From NCBI RefSeq assembly GCF_009914755.1, contig NC_060929.1: a DNA stretch of 64,000 nt; one strand, written 5' to 3'. Positions within the stretch are counted from its first letter, which is position 1, and each line of letters starts with the position of its first letter. The position numbers were made by a program, and so were the translations under genes. Below the pieces are notes generated by a model. That model saw only the letters and a program-made list of their open reading frames with translations, was not told where the DNA came from and did no database searches. Of the stretch, positions 43,754-56,986 are shown piece by piece. This DNA is from the human T2T-CHM13v2.0 reference genome, Homo sapiens.

Positions 43754-44381
43754 AAAGTCATGCATGCATATTCTGAAAAGGAATATGTATGTAATTTTAT
43801 CACATGAATAAAAGTTAAATCACCCATAATGCCTGTTAAAAACCTGAACTTAGCACAATTCTGCTCCAAATTAAACTTGAACAAGACTTCCTACAGATTT
43901 TAGGATATTAATCAGAACTTAAAAGATCTGGACAGGTATTGAACTTTGAAGATAAATGTGATTTTCTTATATCTTGTTTAACTTTTGTGTTGTCAAAACC
44001 ACTTCCCTCTTTGAATTAATTGTTTAAGTTATCAGGCCTTAGACAGGTTTTGTTTGTTTCCTTGGTTATATTATAGGGAAGAGTTGAGGAAAATAGAGCT
44101 CACCAGGATACTGGGCACCGACGTAAACACACTGAAAGTCTAATTCCACTAGTAAAGCAGCCAAGAAAACAAACACTGATTCATGTGCAGAGTTCACAAC
44201 ACAGGATAAGGGGAGCTTAAGCAAAGCAAGGAGTGGACTTAAAGGGGATTCACATTGTCTGCATCTGCTTTTCTGACTTACGTGTTAATATAAGTTCAGT
44301 GGGTAAATCCTGAATGTATTTGTTGGAGATGTGTTTTTTATCTCAGAGTATGGGAAAAAATCGTGGAAAGAAAAGAAATAA

Positions 44382-44446
44382 TTATATATATGTACACACA
44401 CATATATGCATATATTATGTATATATGCATATTATGCAGAGAGAGA
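44382..44446. repeat. (TA/CA/TG)n microsatellite
   Basis: TTATATATATGTACACACACATATATGCATATATTATGTATATATGCATATTATGCAGAGAGAG. Confidence 0.75.
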
Positions 44447-44539
44447 ACATAAACATCTCAGATTTAGTGATTAAATAAATTGGAAGGTTCAAGTGGCTCA
44501 CTCTACAACATACAGGACAGTGTATCTAAAATAGCTCTA

Positions 44540-44818
44540 GGTCAGGCATGGTGGCTCACAACTGTAATCCCAGCACTTTGGGAGGTTGAGGCAGGCAGAT
44601 CACTTGAGCCAGGAGTTCAAGACTAGCCTGGGCAACATGGCTAAATGCTGTCTCTACAAAAAATTCGCCAGACATGGTGGCACACACCTGTCAGCTACTT
44701 GGGAGGGTGAGGTGCGAAGATCACCTGAGCCTGAGAGGTCAAGGCTACAGTGGGCCATGATCATGCCATTGCACTCCAGCCTGGGTGACAGAGTGAGAAC
44801 CTATTTTAAAAAAAAAAA
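44540..44818 (+). mobile_element. AluJ
   Basis: J-type GATCACTTGAGCCAGGAGTTC...GCCTGGGCAACATGG and GAGGTCAAGGCTACAGTG; degenerate TSD AAAATAGCTCTA / AAGATAGTTCCA. Confidence 0.93.
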
Positions 44819-45078
44819 GATAGTTCCATCCATCTTACTTCACAGAAAGTCCTGGAGTTGCAGCCACTAAGTTCATATTCAGACTCCATTATAAGTATAG
44901 CCTTCTTTCCGAATCTAATCAAAATAGCCAAAGCACCAAAACAGAATTTTCAGGATAAAATTTGAAATAGTCTCATAAGAAGGACCCTAGAGCCATGCCT
45001 CCTGAATTGTCACATTCACTTAAGATTTGGTACTGTTTTAGTATCAAGTATATTCTGTTTTGCAGACTGGGATACTGT

Positions 45079-45503
45079 TGTATTAGTCTGTTCTCACAGT
45101 GCTATAAAGAAATAGCTGAGACTGGGTAATTTATTAAAAAAAAGAGGTGTATTGGCTTGCAGTTCTGCAGGCTGTACAGGAAGCATGATGCTGGCATCTG
45201 CTCAACTTCTGAGGAGGCCTCAGAAAACTTACAATAATGGCAAAAGGTGAAGGCGGAGCAGGAACATCTTACATGGCCAGAATAGGAGGAAGAAAGAGAG
45301 GGAGAAGGCACTACACACTCTAAAACAACCAGATCACACCAGAACTCACTGTTGCAACAATAGCACTAAGAGGGATGGTATTGAACCATGAGAAACTGCC
45401 CCATGATCAAACCACCTCCCACCAGACCCCACCTCCTGCAGTAATCCTGAGGATTACATTTCAACATGAGATTTGGGTGAGGACACAGATCCAAATCATA
45501 TCA
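45079..45503 (-). mobile_element. MSTA/MSTB solo LTR
   Basis: TGTATTAGTCTGTTCTCAC...GGCTGTACAGGAAGCATGATGCTGGCATCTGCTC...GACACAGATCCAAATCATATCA. Confidence 0.92.
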
Positions 45504-46709
45504 CTGCTAGAAACCAAAGCTTTACTAAACCAATAGCAGGGCCTATCAAACTCTTTTACTTTTTCATTATTCAGTGGGAAAAAGGTGAAACCCACAGACA
45601 GTAGAATAACTCCACCATTCGCACTCGTTTCCCCAAACCATTCAGCAAATATATGATCCATGCATCAGAATCAGTCCCCAGCTCTGTTAGTGCCTCTCCC
45701 TCCACTCCCTGCAAATCTTAGCCACCAAACCCATCCCTCACAGTCCTACCTCTCCACAATGATTCCAAGTGTTGGGTAAATGTACCATTCTTCAAAATAA
45801 AATGGGCCTTCCTCTTACTTATGGTAATTTTCAGTTAACGATCATGTTGATTTTGCCATAAAATTGCATAGTTTTAACTAATTTCCATAGTTTTAACTTT
45901 TAACATAATTTTGGAAAACTGATATTTAACAAATTCATTCCTATTTTGCTTATCTGGCATTCCTTACCCTGATGAGCAACTACAATTTATATTCAAAATC
46001 TCATATTCTCTTCCCTGAGAAAATTGCCATATAAAAATAATCAATATACAGTCTGCTTTCAGAGAAAAGAATATGATAATGCCCTCTGTTTCAGAACACA
46101 AGCCACCAATCTTTGTCAAGCATGGAACATTAACAAAAGTAGAAATGTGGAATATTGGCTAGCACAACCTGAGAAAGACTCCTAATTTCTCTTTACCATT
46201 AGAGAAGTAGACTCTAACCTTATCCCCTGCAAATGATAATGAGTAGGGGATATTGAAATCTTGGACACCTGTTGGCCAGATGTTTCACCACCACTAGAAA
46301 TAATGATTTCTTGCTAAAAGCCAAGCTGATAGATAGATATGTACTTCCATTGTTTATCGTAAGGAAAAATAAATAAGAGTAATAAATAAGAGTAATTCTT
46401 ACAATAAAAAATGGAAGTAAATTATATACTCAGTAAAGGCACAACATGTTATTTCCAGAGTTATGGAATTTAAATGGAAGAGCATTTGTCTAAAGAGCAT
46501 CTTGTCTACTATAATATGCCTGAGGAGTAGTGGTTCATCCTGTCTATGGTAGGAAAATACTTCCCAGAAGTCAATGATACCACGGTACAGCCTTAATCAC
46601 TAGAAGTACTTTTCTCTTACCAAAATGTTAATGGTAGTTACCCCCATGGAAGTGGGATGAGGTAAGGGAAGTAGGGCTTTCACTTTTACATTAATTGGAT
46701 TTTCCATAA

Positions 46710-47073
46710 TGTATTAGTCTGTTTTCACACTGCTATAAAGAATTGCCTGGGACTGGGTAATTTATACACAAAAGAGGTTTAATTGACTCATAGTTCCACA
46801 TGGCTGGGCAGGCCTCTGGAAACTTGCAATCATGGTGGAATGCAAAGGGGATGCAGGCACCTTCTTTACAAGATGGCAGAAGAGAGAGCCAGGGAGGAAC
46901 TGCCAAATACTTTTAAACCACCAGATCTTGTGAGAACTCACTCACTATCACAAAAAAAGCATGGTAGAAACTGCCCCCATGATCCATCACCTCCCACCAT
47001 GTCCCTCCCTCAACACGTGGAGATTACTATTGGAGATGACATTTGGATGGGGACACAGAGCCAAACCATATCA
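46710..47073 (-). mobile_element. MSTA/THE1D-like solo LTR
   Basis: TGTATTAGTCTGTTTTCACACTGCTATAAAG...GGGACACAGAGCCAAACCATATCA; TSD CATAA / CTTAA. Confidence 0.92.
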
Positions 47074-47294
47074 CTTAATAACAGTATTTTAGTTTATAAC
47101 TCAAATAAGTACATAACAAGTGATTTGAAATCTGATTTCATTTACTTTCCTTGTTTTACCTAATAAGGGGCCCAAGGGGCACAGACGAAACTCTTTCCAC
47201 TTCATTGCTTGAAGACAGAGATCAGGATACCCTCCGTCTTTGTTTCTTTATAACAAACAGTCTCAGTTCCTCCACAAGACATTTTGCTGGGTAC

Positions 47295-47744
47295 TGTTGG
47301 GAGAAAATTCTTCATGGATCTCCCACATTTGTGCACACCTTGCAAGCAGAGACACCAACTGCCTTTCTTCCTGACAAATTTTTTCAACAATGTTTGTGTA
47401 ATGAAGAGTCTTAGAAGACAGAAATAATGTCTCCCTCTAGAACAAAAGAGGCAGACATCCTTATTACCCGTTATAATAGATTTGGTTTTCCTAAGCTTAG
47501 GGTTCCCCTCCAGCAAAGCAACCTACTGTATGTGCAGATGTCATCTGGCCCTCTTTGTATTGCCCTATAGGTATTGAGGCTTGGGGGACAGATGCCAGAA
47601 GGTCTGTAATTCTGGGCACTACTATTACTATGAATAATAAGGTCTTTTGCCTCTGACCCAAGAGTTTCCTGCATTCTTCCAACATCTATGAAACTGCATC
47701 AGTCTAACTAATTAAAACCTCAAGACCTTTCACAGGTTTTTACA
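47295..47744 (+). mobile_element. ERVL LTR (LTR40-like)
   Basis: TGTTGGGAGAAAATTCTTCATGGATCTCCCACATTTGTGCACACCTTGCAAGCAGAG start; CTAAGCTTAGGGTTCC; ends ...GACCTTTCACAGGTTTTTACA. Confidence 0.8.
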
Positions 47745-48080
47745 CATACTTTAGAGAGTTGAGTTGAAAATATGTTCTTGTTCTTGAGGAGATTATAATC
47801 TAAAAATGTCAAACTTGTAAATTTTTGAAATACATATAATTGGATAAGCTTAAAAGTGTATTTGAATACTTTCAAAAATAAAATATAAAGAAGAAGCAGA
47901 GTTATAATGGTCATAAAGTCTACTCAACAAAGAGTAAAACAAAGTCAACAGATACATTAAGGATAAGGGAACGTCCTATGATCATGAAAGGTGTTTTTCT
48001 TTCAGTTGTATAAACAAACTTGAAGGATTTTAGGGATGGCAGTGACATTTTACCCCCATAACCTGTAACTCAAAAGTTCC

Positions 48081-48485
48081 CGATATAGTTTGGATATTTG
48101 TCCCTACCCAAATCTCATGTTGAATTATAATCCCCAATTCTAGAGGTGGGGCCTGGTCAGAGGTGTTTGGATCATGGGGGTGGATCCCTCATGGCTTAGT
48201 ACTGTCTCCATGATAGTGAGTTCTCATGAGATCTGGTGATTTAAATGCATGTGGCACCTCCTTCCCCACTTTCTCCTACTCCTGCCATGTGAGACACCTG
48301 CTCCCTTTCATCTTCCACCATGATTGTAAACTTCCTGAGCCCCACCCCCCACAGGAAGCCAAGCAAATGCCGTCACCATGCTTCGTATAAAGCCTGCAGA
48401 ACCACGAGCCAAATAAATCTCCTTTCGTTTTAAATTACCCAGTTTCAGGCATTTCTTAGTAGCCATGCAAGAATGGCCTAATACA
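48081..48485 (+). mobile_element. MSTB-like solo LTR
   Basis: GATATAGTTTGGATATTTGTCCCTACCCAAATCTCATGTTG...GAATGGCCTAATACA; TSD GTTCC / GCTCC. Confidence 0.92.
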
Positions 48486-50145
48486 GCTCCTAAACAGTTT
48501 GCCTTTTATGTTCATCTATGGGGTATTGATGAGTCCTATCATAAAAAGGTTTTCCTCACCTGCTGAATCCCCTGGGTCTACCAGCATCTATTTTTATCGC
48601 TCCCTCCTGAAGCCATGCCCTGGGCTCAATATGTTGAGGTGCTGATATGGCAACAGCTGATTTCAAAGACTTGGAAAACTTCAATTCAATCAGCTTTACC
48701 ACTGCTGAGACATTTGCCTTCTTCAGCCAGCACTTGCGGAACTCAGATTTCTTAAACTAATTGAGCACTTAATATACAGCTATAAATTAATCACATTGAA
48801 ATGGTGCTAATTATTTCATTAGCTCCCAACCAATCCAATCTAAATAATCACTTATTAGGACTCAACTGCTAAATTTATTTAAATATTGATTAAAATGTGC
48901 TATAAATTACATATGCAGATAACATTTCTGTGTAATTTTCTGGAAATCCATGTATATAACGAAGGAGTGTGTATGTTTCCGATCAGTTTTCTTTTCTTTT
49001 TTTCTTTTTTTTTTTTCCTGCAGCATATACAGCAGTAACTGCAATCCATAGCCACATGAATAAAGCAAGGTCAGAACAAATTTTCATCCCACCAGTCCCA
49101 AGGCAGACTGATGAGCAGAAAAGCTCTTTGCTCTCCCTTTTCCCCCTCCCCGCCACCCCGAACATCTTGACTGGCAGGCTGGTAGATAATCCTGTTCAGA
49201 GCTAATGTGTAGTAACAGGATTGAGGGAAACTGACTTAAGAGGCTTGCATCTGGGCCAGGACACATCGTATCGATGCCATATTTAAAGATGTTCCCTCTG
49301 TTCACCTCTGTGAAGATAAATGTCTGAACATTGAGCTTAAAAGCAAAAAGGGAGAGAGACACTCAGAGATGGGTGATGAATTGTCAAACTGTGGAAAAGA
49401 GCTTTCACCAAAGAAGCATGTTTGCTTTGTACAGGGCGGGGAGTAAAGAAGAAATGGAGAAAATAATTAAAATGCTCTTCCTTCTCTAAGCTCTGTTAGC
49501 TGGAAACCAAATTCTTAATGGGTATAGAGGAAGCTCAGCTATTTTAACTCATGAAGAGGAGCCCTCTTGAGCAACAAGAATAATAGAATTCAGCCTCCTG
49601 CGCCCAATAAAATAGGCCAAAGGCCTGGTTGTGCAATTCATTTGGCAATTCATCAGCACTATCCCATGTAAAAGCATCTATAATCATAAAATGCTATTGC
49701 AATCTTTTATCAGCATTTAACCTGATAGTCACTCTTTTCTCAAGCTGGAGTATAAGAATCTTATGAGTACGGAACTGTCTAATGCATCTTTGTTTTCTTT
49801 CTCTGCAAGGCTTAGCTCTGTCTTTTCATTAGGACAATTTCAACTAGTAAATGTTCATGTGATTTGCTAATGACGTTTGAGAGTTTAGATAGTAGCCTAA
49901 TGGTGGAATTCAAGCTTTTAAGCATGGGAATTTAAAGGTGAAGATATGCCTTTCTCTTAAAAGCCTAAAAGCCATCAATTATCCATTTAGTTTGCCCAAG
50001 CACAATTTTGGAGCCTAAAGAGACAGACAACAACAGGTGACCTCTGGAAGTGAACGTGAAGGGACACCAACATCAATACCCCATAGTTTCCAAGAGGTCT
50101 GGATTCTGACAATATACCGTTCCACTCTACTGAGTTGCAATGAAA

Positions 50146-50168
50146 TGTGTGTGTGTGTATGTGTGTGT
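50146..50168. repeat. (TG)n microsatellite
   Basis: TGTGTGTGTGTGTATGTGTGTGT. Confidence 0.85.
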
Positions 50169-50474
50169 TATCAGAAAATCAGTGTAACACTAATCTTAAG
50201 GTATGACTCTGCAATAAGCTGAACTACCATATTGTCAGAGTACCTATGAACTTCTTGTATTGTCTCAGGATAAAGCTACGTGACTTGTTTTGCAGTTCTC
50301 TCAGTATCTGTATTTGCTCTCCACTTTGGTGACTTTTTTTCAAAGATCTACCACTCTGCACTTTATTTTAGGCACTGCATTTAAAAGTATGTATCAAAGG
50401 GCAACATGCCAATGCTGCCAATGACATCAAACAACTTACAGCATAATTATATTTTTCCACAGGTGAAAAGTTGA

Positions 50475-50593
50475 TCATACTGTAAGCTTCATGAAAGCAG
50501 GCACTATATGTTTTCTTCCTTCTTGAGAAGGAAGCACCTAGAATTGTATCTGACATACAAAAGACTCTATAAATATATACATAAATGAATGAA
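50475..50593 (+). mobile_element. L2 3' tail
   Basis: ACTGTAAGCTTCATGAAAGCAGG...GCACCTAGAATTGTATCTGACATA...AATGAATGAA. Confidence 0.7.
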
Positions 50594-51824
50594 AGAGTAA
50601 TACCAATTCTATTGTATTTGTTATTTTAAAAGCCTTCTATTAGTCTATTTTGCCAGATAGATTTTGCTATACCTAAATTGTCTTGAGAGTGTCTCTATGT
50701 AAGGAGTTTCTTTTCTGGAATTCCTCCAAAACATGAACCCTCTGATTCTGACAACTTCAAATATCTTTAATGATTTCTTTAAAGAGCAATAAAACGACCA
50801 GCTACTAAAAAGGAGATAACTGTACCAACTCTTTTTGTGAATAGACTTAGCAAGCATTTAAGGGGCCTTAACGTCAATCTTCCACAGCTAGATTTATAAC
50901 ACATTCATTCTATGAATCCCTTTGACTTCGATCCTAAAGCCCCTAGGCACAATTTTGCAGGGAATTCCTATGACATGCATACATTAAACTGAGAAGCAGG
51001 AGATACAATTCTCCTAGAGGCTGGTATTCACCTACTTTGATTATTCTGCACAGTAAGACAGGTTAGGTTTGTCAGGTCATTATCTGATGGATATTGCCAA
51101 CGATAGGAAAAAAAAACAGGGCAAGGGGGCCTTAACATTAAATAAACTGAAACACATCCAAGCCATGGAAATATTTTATTAAACTAACAGTAAAAACTAG
51201 AGTTAGTGTCTTCAGCATTCATTCCAGCCTAACCACTGAATATTCATTTGTGCCTTTTTTGGGACATTTAATGAATCTATGCTTTATGAAGAAAATAACA
51301 TGGTAAATGAGCTACTAGACTTTTCATTTTGCCTTTGAGATTGGCAGAGTTATTTTTTAAGGTCCTCAGATCTCCCCGAATAGGTAACAATTTTTAAAAG
51401 ACTTGAGTGCATGAGCCAAATGTGACCTTGAATAAGCTCCTGTCACAGTTCATCTCTTAATAATACACAAATCAAATATCTTTACACCTGTACAATTTTT
51501 TAAACATTGTTTTGATATATATCCCTTGACATGCATATTTGCAAGCCCTTCAGCACTCCCTCCAAAAACGCTTTACAATTAAATGTAATTGTAAATGAAA
51601 TCAAAGGGTCATAGAAGTCTATGGTTGGTAGATACCATGTAATCATCTTGCTAATCGTCCCTTCCACTGGATGTGTCATTATATAGTAACCCTGACAAAT
51701 TCTGCTTTAGTTTCTCCACATATGGGGAACTCAGTAGCTAGCAAGATACACTTCATTACATAAGCAGCAGTAGATATGAAACGATTATTTCCCATTAAAA
51801 TAACTTCCACTTCTGCATCACTCC

Positions 51825-51937
51825 ATGCAGTTTGCACTGCATTTTCACAAACATCATCCCATTCTAGCCCCATGACACTATGGTCAAGTAGGAATCATTA
51901 ATTCTAATTTCCAGGTAAGAAAATTGAAGCTCAAAAA
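51825..51937 (-). mobile_element. MIR fragment
   Basis: TTTTCACAAACATCATCCCATT...TTTCCAGGTAAGAAAATTGAAGCTCA. Confidence 0.55.
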
Positions 51938-54900
51938 TATATAAATACAAAATTCTAATAAAATGGTCTTTTCACATTTCAACCTATGTAAGAAAACCAA
52001 GTATAGATCTGATAAATATATGCCCTTGGGATCTGTCTTCATTTGCTCCAAAATGCATCCCTGGCTTGAGGCAAATAGTGCTTATTTAGATCTTGATAAG
52101 GCTATAGAAGTAGCACCTTCTTCTGCTTAGAGAGATCGGGGGTATAATTGTTACCACTGGAATAAGCTGGTGCTAGAACAGCTGTTCCCACAGAAACCAA
52201 GATGGTTTGACATATTAAAGATCCATAAAGAACATATTAATGACATATCATGTCTTCACAACTAAAGATACTACATGTAAAACAGTAAGCCAAGTAATGG
52301 AAAATGCCCTTTTGAGAGGATTTTTTTCAATAATTTATAAAGCAACAGGCAATAAATGGTAACTCAAGTGCAATCATCATCTTAAAGTAAACTTGAAAGA
52401 GTAGATTCTATATTTTATAGTATTTTCCATCATCATAGGCATTCTTCAATGTGTAAGTACTGTTCTACCATTCAGCCAGGAGCTACATGTAAGGAGTCCA
52501 GTCACAAGCTAACTGATTTTCCATCTTAGGATACAAAAGAAGTCACTTCTTCAATTAGAGTACAATGACACTAATGAATGCACTCTGGTTGTTCCCTTTC
52601 TTACAAGACTTTCTTATCTGGCAGCTCCAGTGATGTGATGAGAAGGCGATTTGCAAGTCTGATTTGGAAGTTTTTTTGATCACAAGAGACTAGGGAGTAT
52701 AAAGTCTGTGCTTACAGTCTTAGGGACATTACAGAAAATTAGCTCTGGTAATGTATTGAAATTATTCAAATAGAAATAGACTCTTAACTTTGTGATCCTT
52801 CCTTCTTAACTTGCACAAGGACTGTGATGTAAATGAGAACTCTTATGGTTATTCTTTAGAGACTTCTGTTTAGTAACTGAATCTCTTTGAATTTTGCATT
52901 ATACAGCTCTCTCTGGTCAGTGGGCGGGAATAGAAATAGAGATATTTTCAGGGCTTCAAATATTCTATTCATTTCCTTGATGAATTTGAATCAACAGTTC
53001 TAAACAAGTTTTAATAATCAATTGGCAAGATTTGTATGCAGAAAAGCTAACTGCTTTACTTTATCGTTTTGTACATATACATGACACCATCCATCATATT
53101 GCTCTCCCATGTTATCTGAACATCTTGAAAGTAAAATAAATACTCATATTATTACAAGAAGTGTTATTTCTGGTCTACATATACTAGAAGATAGAAAATC
53201 CTAGATAAATGCTGTATTAAGCAAACTACAGCACTAAAGTATTATTCATGGAACTAAGCATAATGATAAAAGCAATCTACTGATAATATCATGGGTAAGT
53301 AAATGTGGAAACAGTCAGAAAAATATTTCTTTGCTTTATGGTGCAAAAAAACAATATATTCAGCCTATTGGTCCCTGAAAGACAGATGCATATAATGTAG
53401 CCCGTTCCACTATAGAGCACATTCTATTAGACCAGTGGTAAGGCTGAACTTCATCAGTTTTTGGAGGGGCCACCTCAACTCCCCTTCCATCTGGGTGATT
53501 GAGAGCACTGCCGGATGGAGATTGGCCAGGTGCACTGAAGGAGAATAAGATGTCAGAAAGGCAAAAGATAATTTGTTTTCTCCTCTGGGGTAACCTAGAT
53601 ATGTTCTTTTTCTCCAAACTGTTAAGTTTCAAGAAAATACGCCTACGCCAAGTTTTGAATTATTAGCAAGCTTAACATCCATGTGCCACCTAATGCAGAT
53701 GCATTTGGAGGTAGGCGAAGATCAATTTTCTGTTCCTAATTTTTAATTGAGTCTAATGACCAGCAATGACCTAGAAGGCCTTCAGCCTTGGGAGAAAAAG
53801 CATTAAGCAGATCTGGGGAATGACATACTTCTCCTTGCATGAAGATTTTTTATTTCAGATTCTGTCCCTGAATCTGCCAACATGACAATGCTCTTCAATA
53901 ATAAAAAGACGTGTTCTGAGCTTTTGCAAAGATGACATCTGCTTGAGTGACAGCCTATTCCCGCACGCTGGTTCCTCAGCTCTAGTTACACAGCAATCTG
54001 TCAGCCACTTAGATGACATGCATTCTTTAAACCATTAAAGAGTTAACATACATTACTTTTTTTAATCTGGTAAAATAAATGTCTGGCCATAATTCTTGGG
54101 GTGGCAAAATTGCTCTCCAAAATAAATAACACTATTGAAAGGTTAATTACTTGATTAATGTGTATTTTCCTGCAACACTTGCTCTTCATTTAGACAGGCT
54201 GAAGAATCTCCCTCTATATCTTATTTTAAATATCTTCCTTTACTTTACTTTCTCTGTTTGTCCAAAGAGATAATTTCTGATGGGTCTTCAACACATAAAT
54301 CAAAACATTATTCTACTTTTTTGTTGTTACTGTTGTTGTTTAAAAGATCTGCTTTCATTATGGACATGCAGGTAACTTGATTGAAAGTGGATGAGCCATT
54401 TTTCACTCCCCTCCACGTGGGTAGAGCTGGGAATTATTTCTCATCATTAAGTAAAAAACATTTTACTTTTGGTTGGCATGAAAATGACATAAGTGCTCTC
54501 CTTCACTTTCTGAGGCATCTGGAAAGTGAAAACCTTTCAGCACAAGACACAAAGTCAATCTTTTACACTCCCATTAATGTTAAAGGTGACCATGTGGGCA
54601 AATTCATATACATACAAATATGGTTTATTCAGAATCCAATTAGCAATCAGCATTGTGTTGCTTTTCCAGAGCAACTATAAAAACATAAAATAATGTCAGA
54701 AACTCAGCTTATATGTTTGGAAAGAACTGTGGCATTAAGGACAAGAATATTGTCTATTTACTCCATCTGAAGACCTTCCACAAGATCAGTGGTAACCCTA
54801 CAGACAGACTCAAGAGTGACTGTACTGTGGTCAACAGAACTTTTAGGTAAAATTGGTCTTTTTCCCTCCTCTGCCTCTGAAATTTCCAAAACTTCCTGAG

Positions 54901-55687
54901 GAGGTAGAAAACACATATGCAGGTATGAACAATCAAAGAAAACTTGCACTTTGTGGATTGTATTTCCATAAGAAAATACACTCTATGTCACTATGCACAG
55001 GATGGATCTGCCAACTAACTCTGGCAGACGGAATGAACTATGGTGGACTGGGGAGAGGGAAAAAAGTGGAAGGAGAAAAAGATAAGCGGGAGAAAGTAAA
55101 ATCAGCAGGTGTGTACTGGATATATTTCCAAAGGAATCAACAGAATGTGATCACTCATGATTCTGTTTTTCTAAAACATGTACAAAGCTTCTTCTCTTGA
55201 TCTAATAAACCCAGTGAGAACACATATTTTTATTTTCCTACAAATTTGATTTCCTTTATTCTTCAAAAATAAATAAAATATGTATGTCTAAATCAATTGT
55301 AGTAAATTAGGGAGGAAGACCTACCAGAAACAGAAGACACTCAGAAGCATCTTTCATAGATAAACATAGAGAAAATGGGGACAATATATTAACAGGTATT
55401 TTAGAAATACCTATTGGAAGAAACTTTTACATTCAACGCATTCACAAAATTTGCAGTTATGCTTCCTACATTTTGGGGAATAAAGTGTAAGATTCCATAG
55501 GCAAATAAAAAGTATCACTCTGGTTTCGTATGGGGTGGTGTGTTGAGGGGACTTGCTGGGGTATAGTTATCTGGATCTCCCAACAGGTCCGGTGAAAACA
55601 GAATTAATGTAAGTGCTAGTAGGAAAAGTAGGATTAGGAAAGAGGAAGACAGAAATAAAACCAAAAGAAAAAGCCCACTGATCCTGC

Positions 55688-56241
55688 TGTATTTGTTTTC
55701 TACTGTTGTGTAACAAAGTACTATAAACTCTGCAATTTAAAACAACACAGATTTATCATCTCATAGTCTCTGTGGTTCAGAAATCTGGGCACAACTCACT
55801 AGTTCCTCTGCTCAAGGCTGCAATCAAGGTGTCAGCCACCCGCATTCTCATCTTGAACTCAGGTTCCTCTTCTAACTGCCTATGATTGTTGGCAGAATTC
55901 AGAATTCAGCTCCTTGCAGCTATAGGACTGAGGTCCTCAGCTTTTAGAGACCACCCATGTTTTCCTGCTATGTGATGCTCTGCATGGGCAATTTATATCA
56001 TAGCAGCTTGTTTCTTTGAGGTTATCGGAAGAGTCTCTCTAGTGCATGCTAACAAGACAGAGCCGTATATGCATGTGGGTAGGTAGACAGACAGACAAAC
56101 TGACCTAATTATGGGAGTAACATCCCATCATCTTTGCCATATTCTATTGGTTAAAACCAAGTCATAGGTCCCACCCACATTCAAGAGGAGGGAATAATAC
56201 AGGCTATGTCCATGGAGTTATCCTAAAAGCTATCTGACACA
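55688..56241 (-). mobile_element. MLT1E/F-like MaLR LTR
   Basis: TGTATTTGTTTTCTACTGTTGTGTAACAAA...AAACAACACAGATTTATCATCTCATAG...CAAGTCATAGGTCCCACCCACATTCAAGAGGAGGG. Confidence 0.85.
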
Positions 56242-56897
56242 GCTATGAAAAGAATTCCCCGCAGCTCATAATACAGAGAGCATTCCTTACATATCCAAGA
56301 AGCCTTTTCTTGGCATGCAACCTCCTATTTAAATGCCAAATCAGTCCTGCAAAAATATTTATTTCTGGTTCTGATCATTGCTCAAAAACAAAATGAGAAA
56401 TATCCTAGTGTTCAATGGAATGTAGTTGTTCATCAGTGTGTAACATTATGAAACAATGGTGTGAACCTAGTTGATGACTATGTTTCAAATTATGGCTTGG
56501 TTGATATTCTAAGATGTCTTCAAAATGCCTCCCTAATGTTTTATTTCTCTGATAGGAATGGCTTATCATGTGAAGACAACTGTAAACACGCAATGAAATG
56601 GCCTTATGAGAAAGTTAATGTCTCTATCCAGCACCAGGATGGTAAAGGCTAGAACCCAATGGTGTGTTTGAACAGGTCGTTAAGGAGACAGGAATGTCCA
56701 CGCCTGTTTAAATGCTGACACAGACTCCTCTAATATATGCTGCTTTCAAGAAAAAAACAGTGTTGACATCTTATCCAACTCACTGAAACTATTATGCAAA
56801 AATGAAATTGGTTAACGCAGGGAATTTTTAGATGCATATTTTCCATAAGCATTTATTTAACTTAAAAGCAAATAAAGGTATATTTTTGCTATTATTT

Positions 56898-56986
56898 TGA
56901 CGTCAGCCCAAAAAAATACTGAATGTATTTATTACTACTGATGGGATTTCCCTGTTGTCTTTCATAGCATACCATCTATGACGTCT
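56898..56986. promoter_or_regulatory. Candidate enhancer motif cluster (CRE - kappaB - CRE)
   Basis: TGACGTCA 56898-56905, GGGATTTCCC 56943-56952, TGACGTCT 56979-56986. Confidence 0.35.

Noticed and set aside
43024-43884. Long antisense ORFs (135, 122 and 149 aa) over the pseudogene
   Set aside because: Shadow frames of the RPL19 coding sequence; no independent gene signals.
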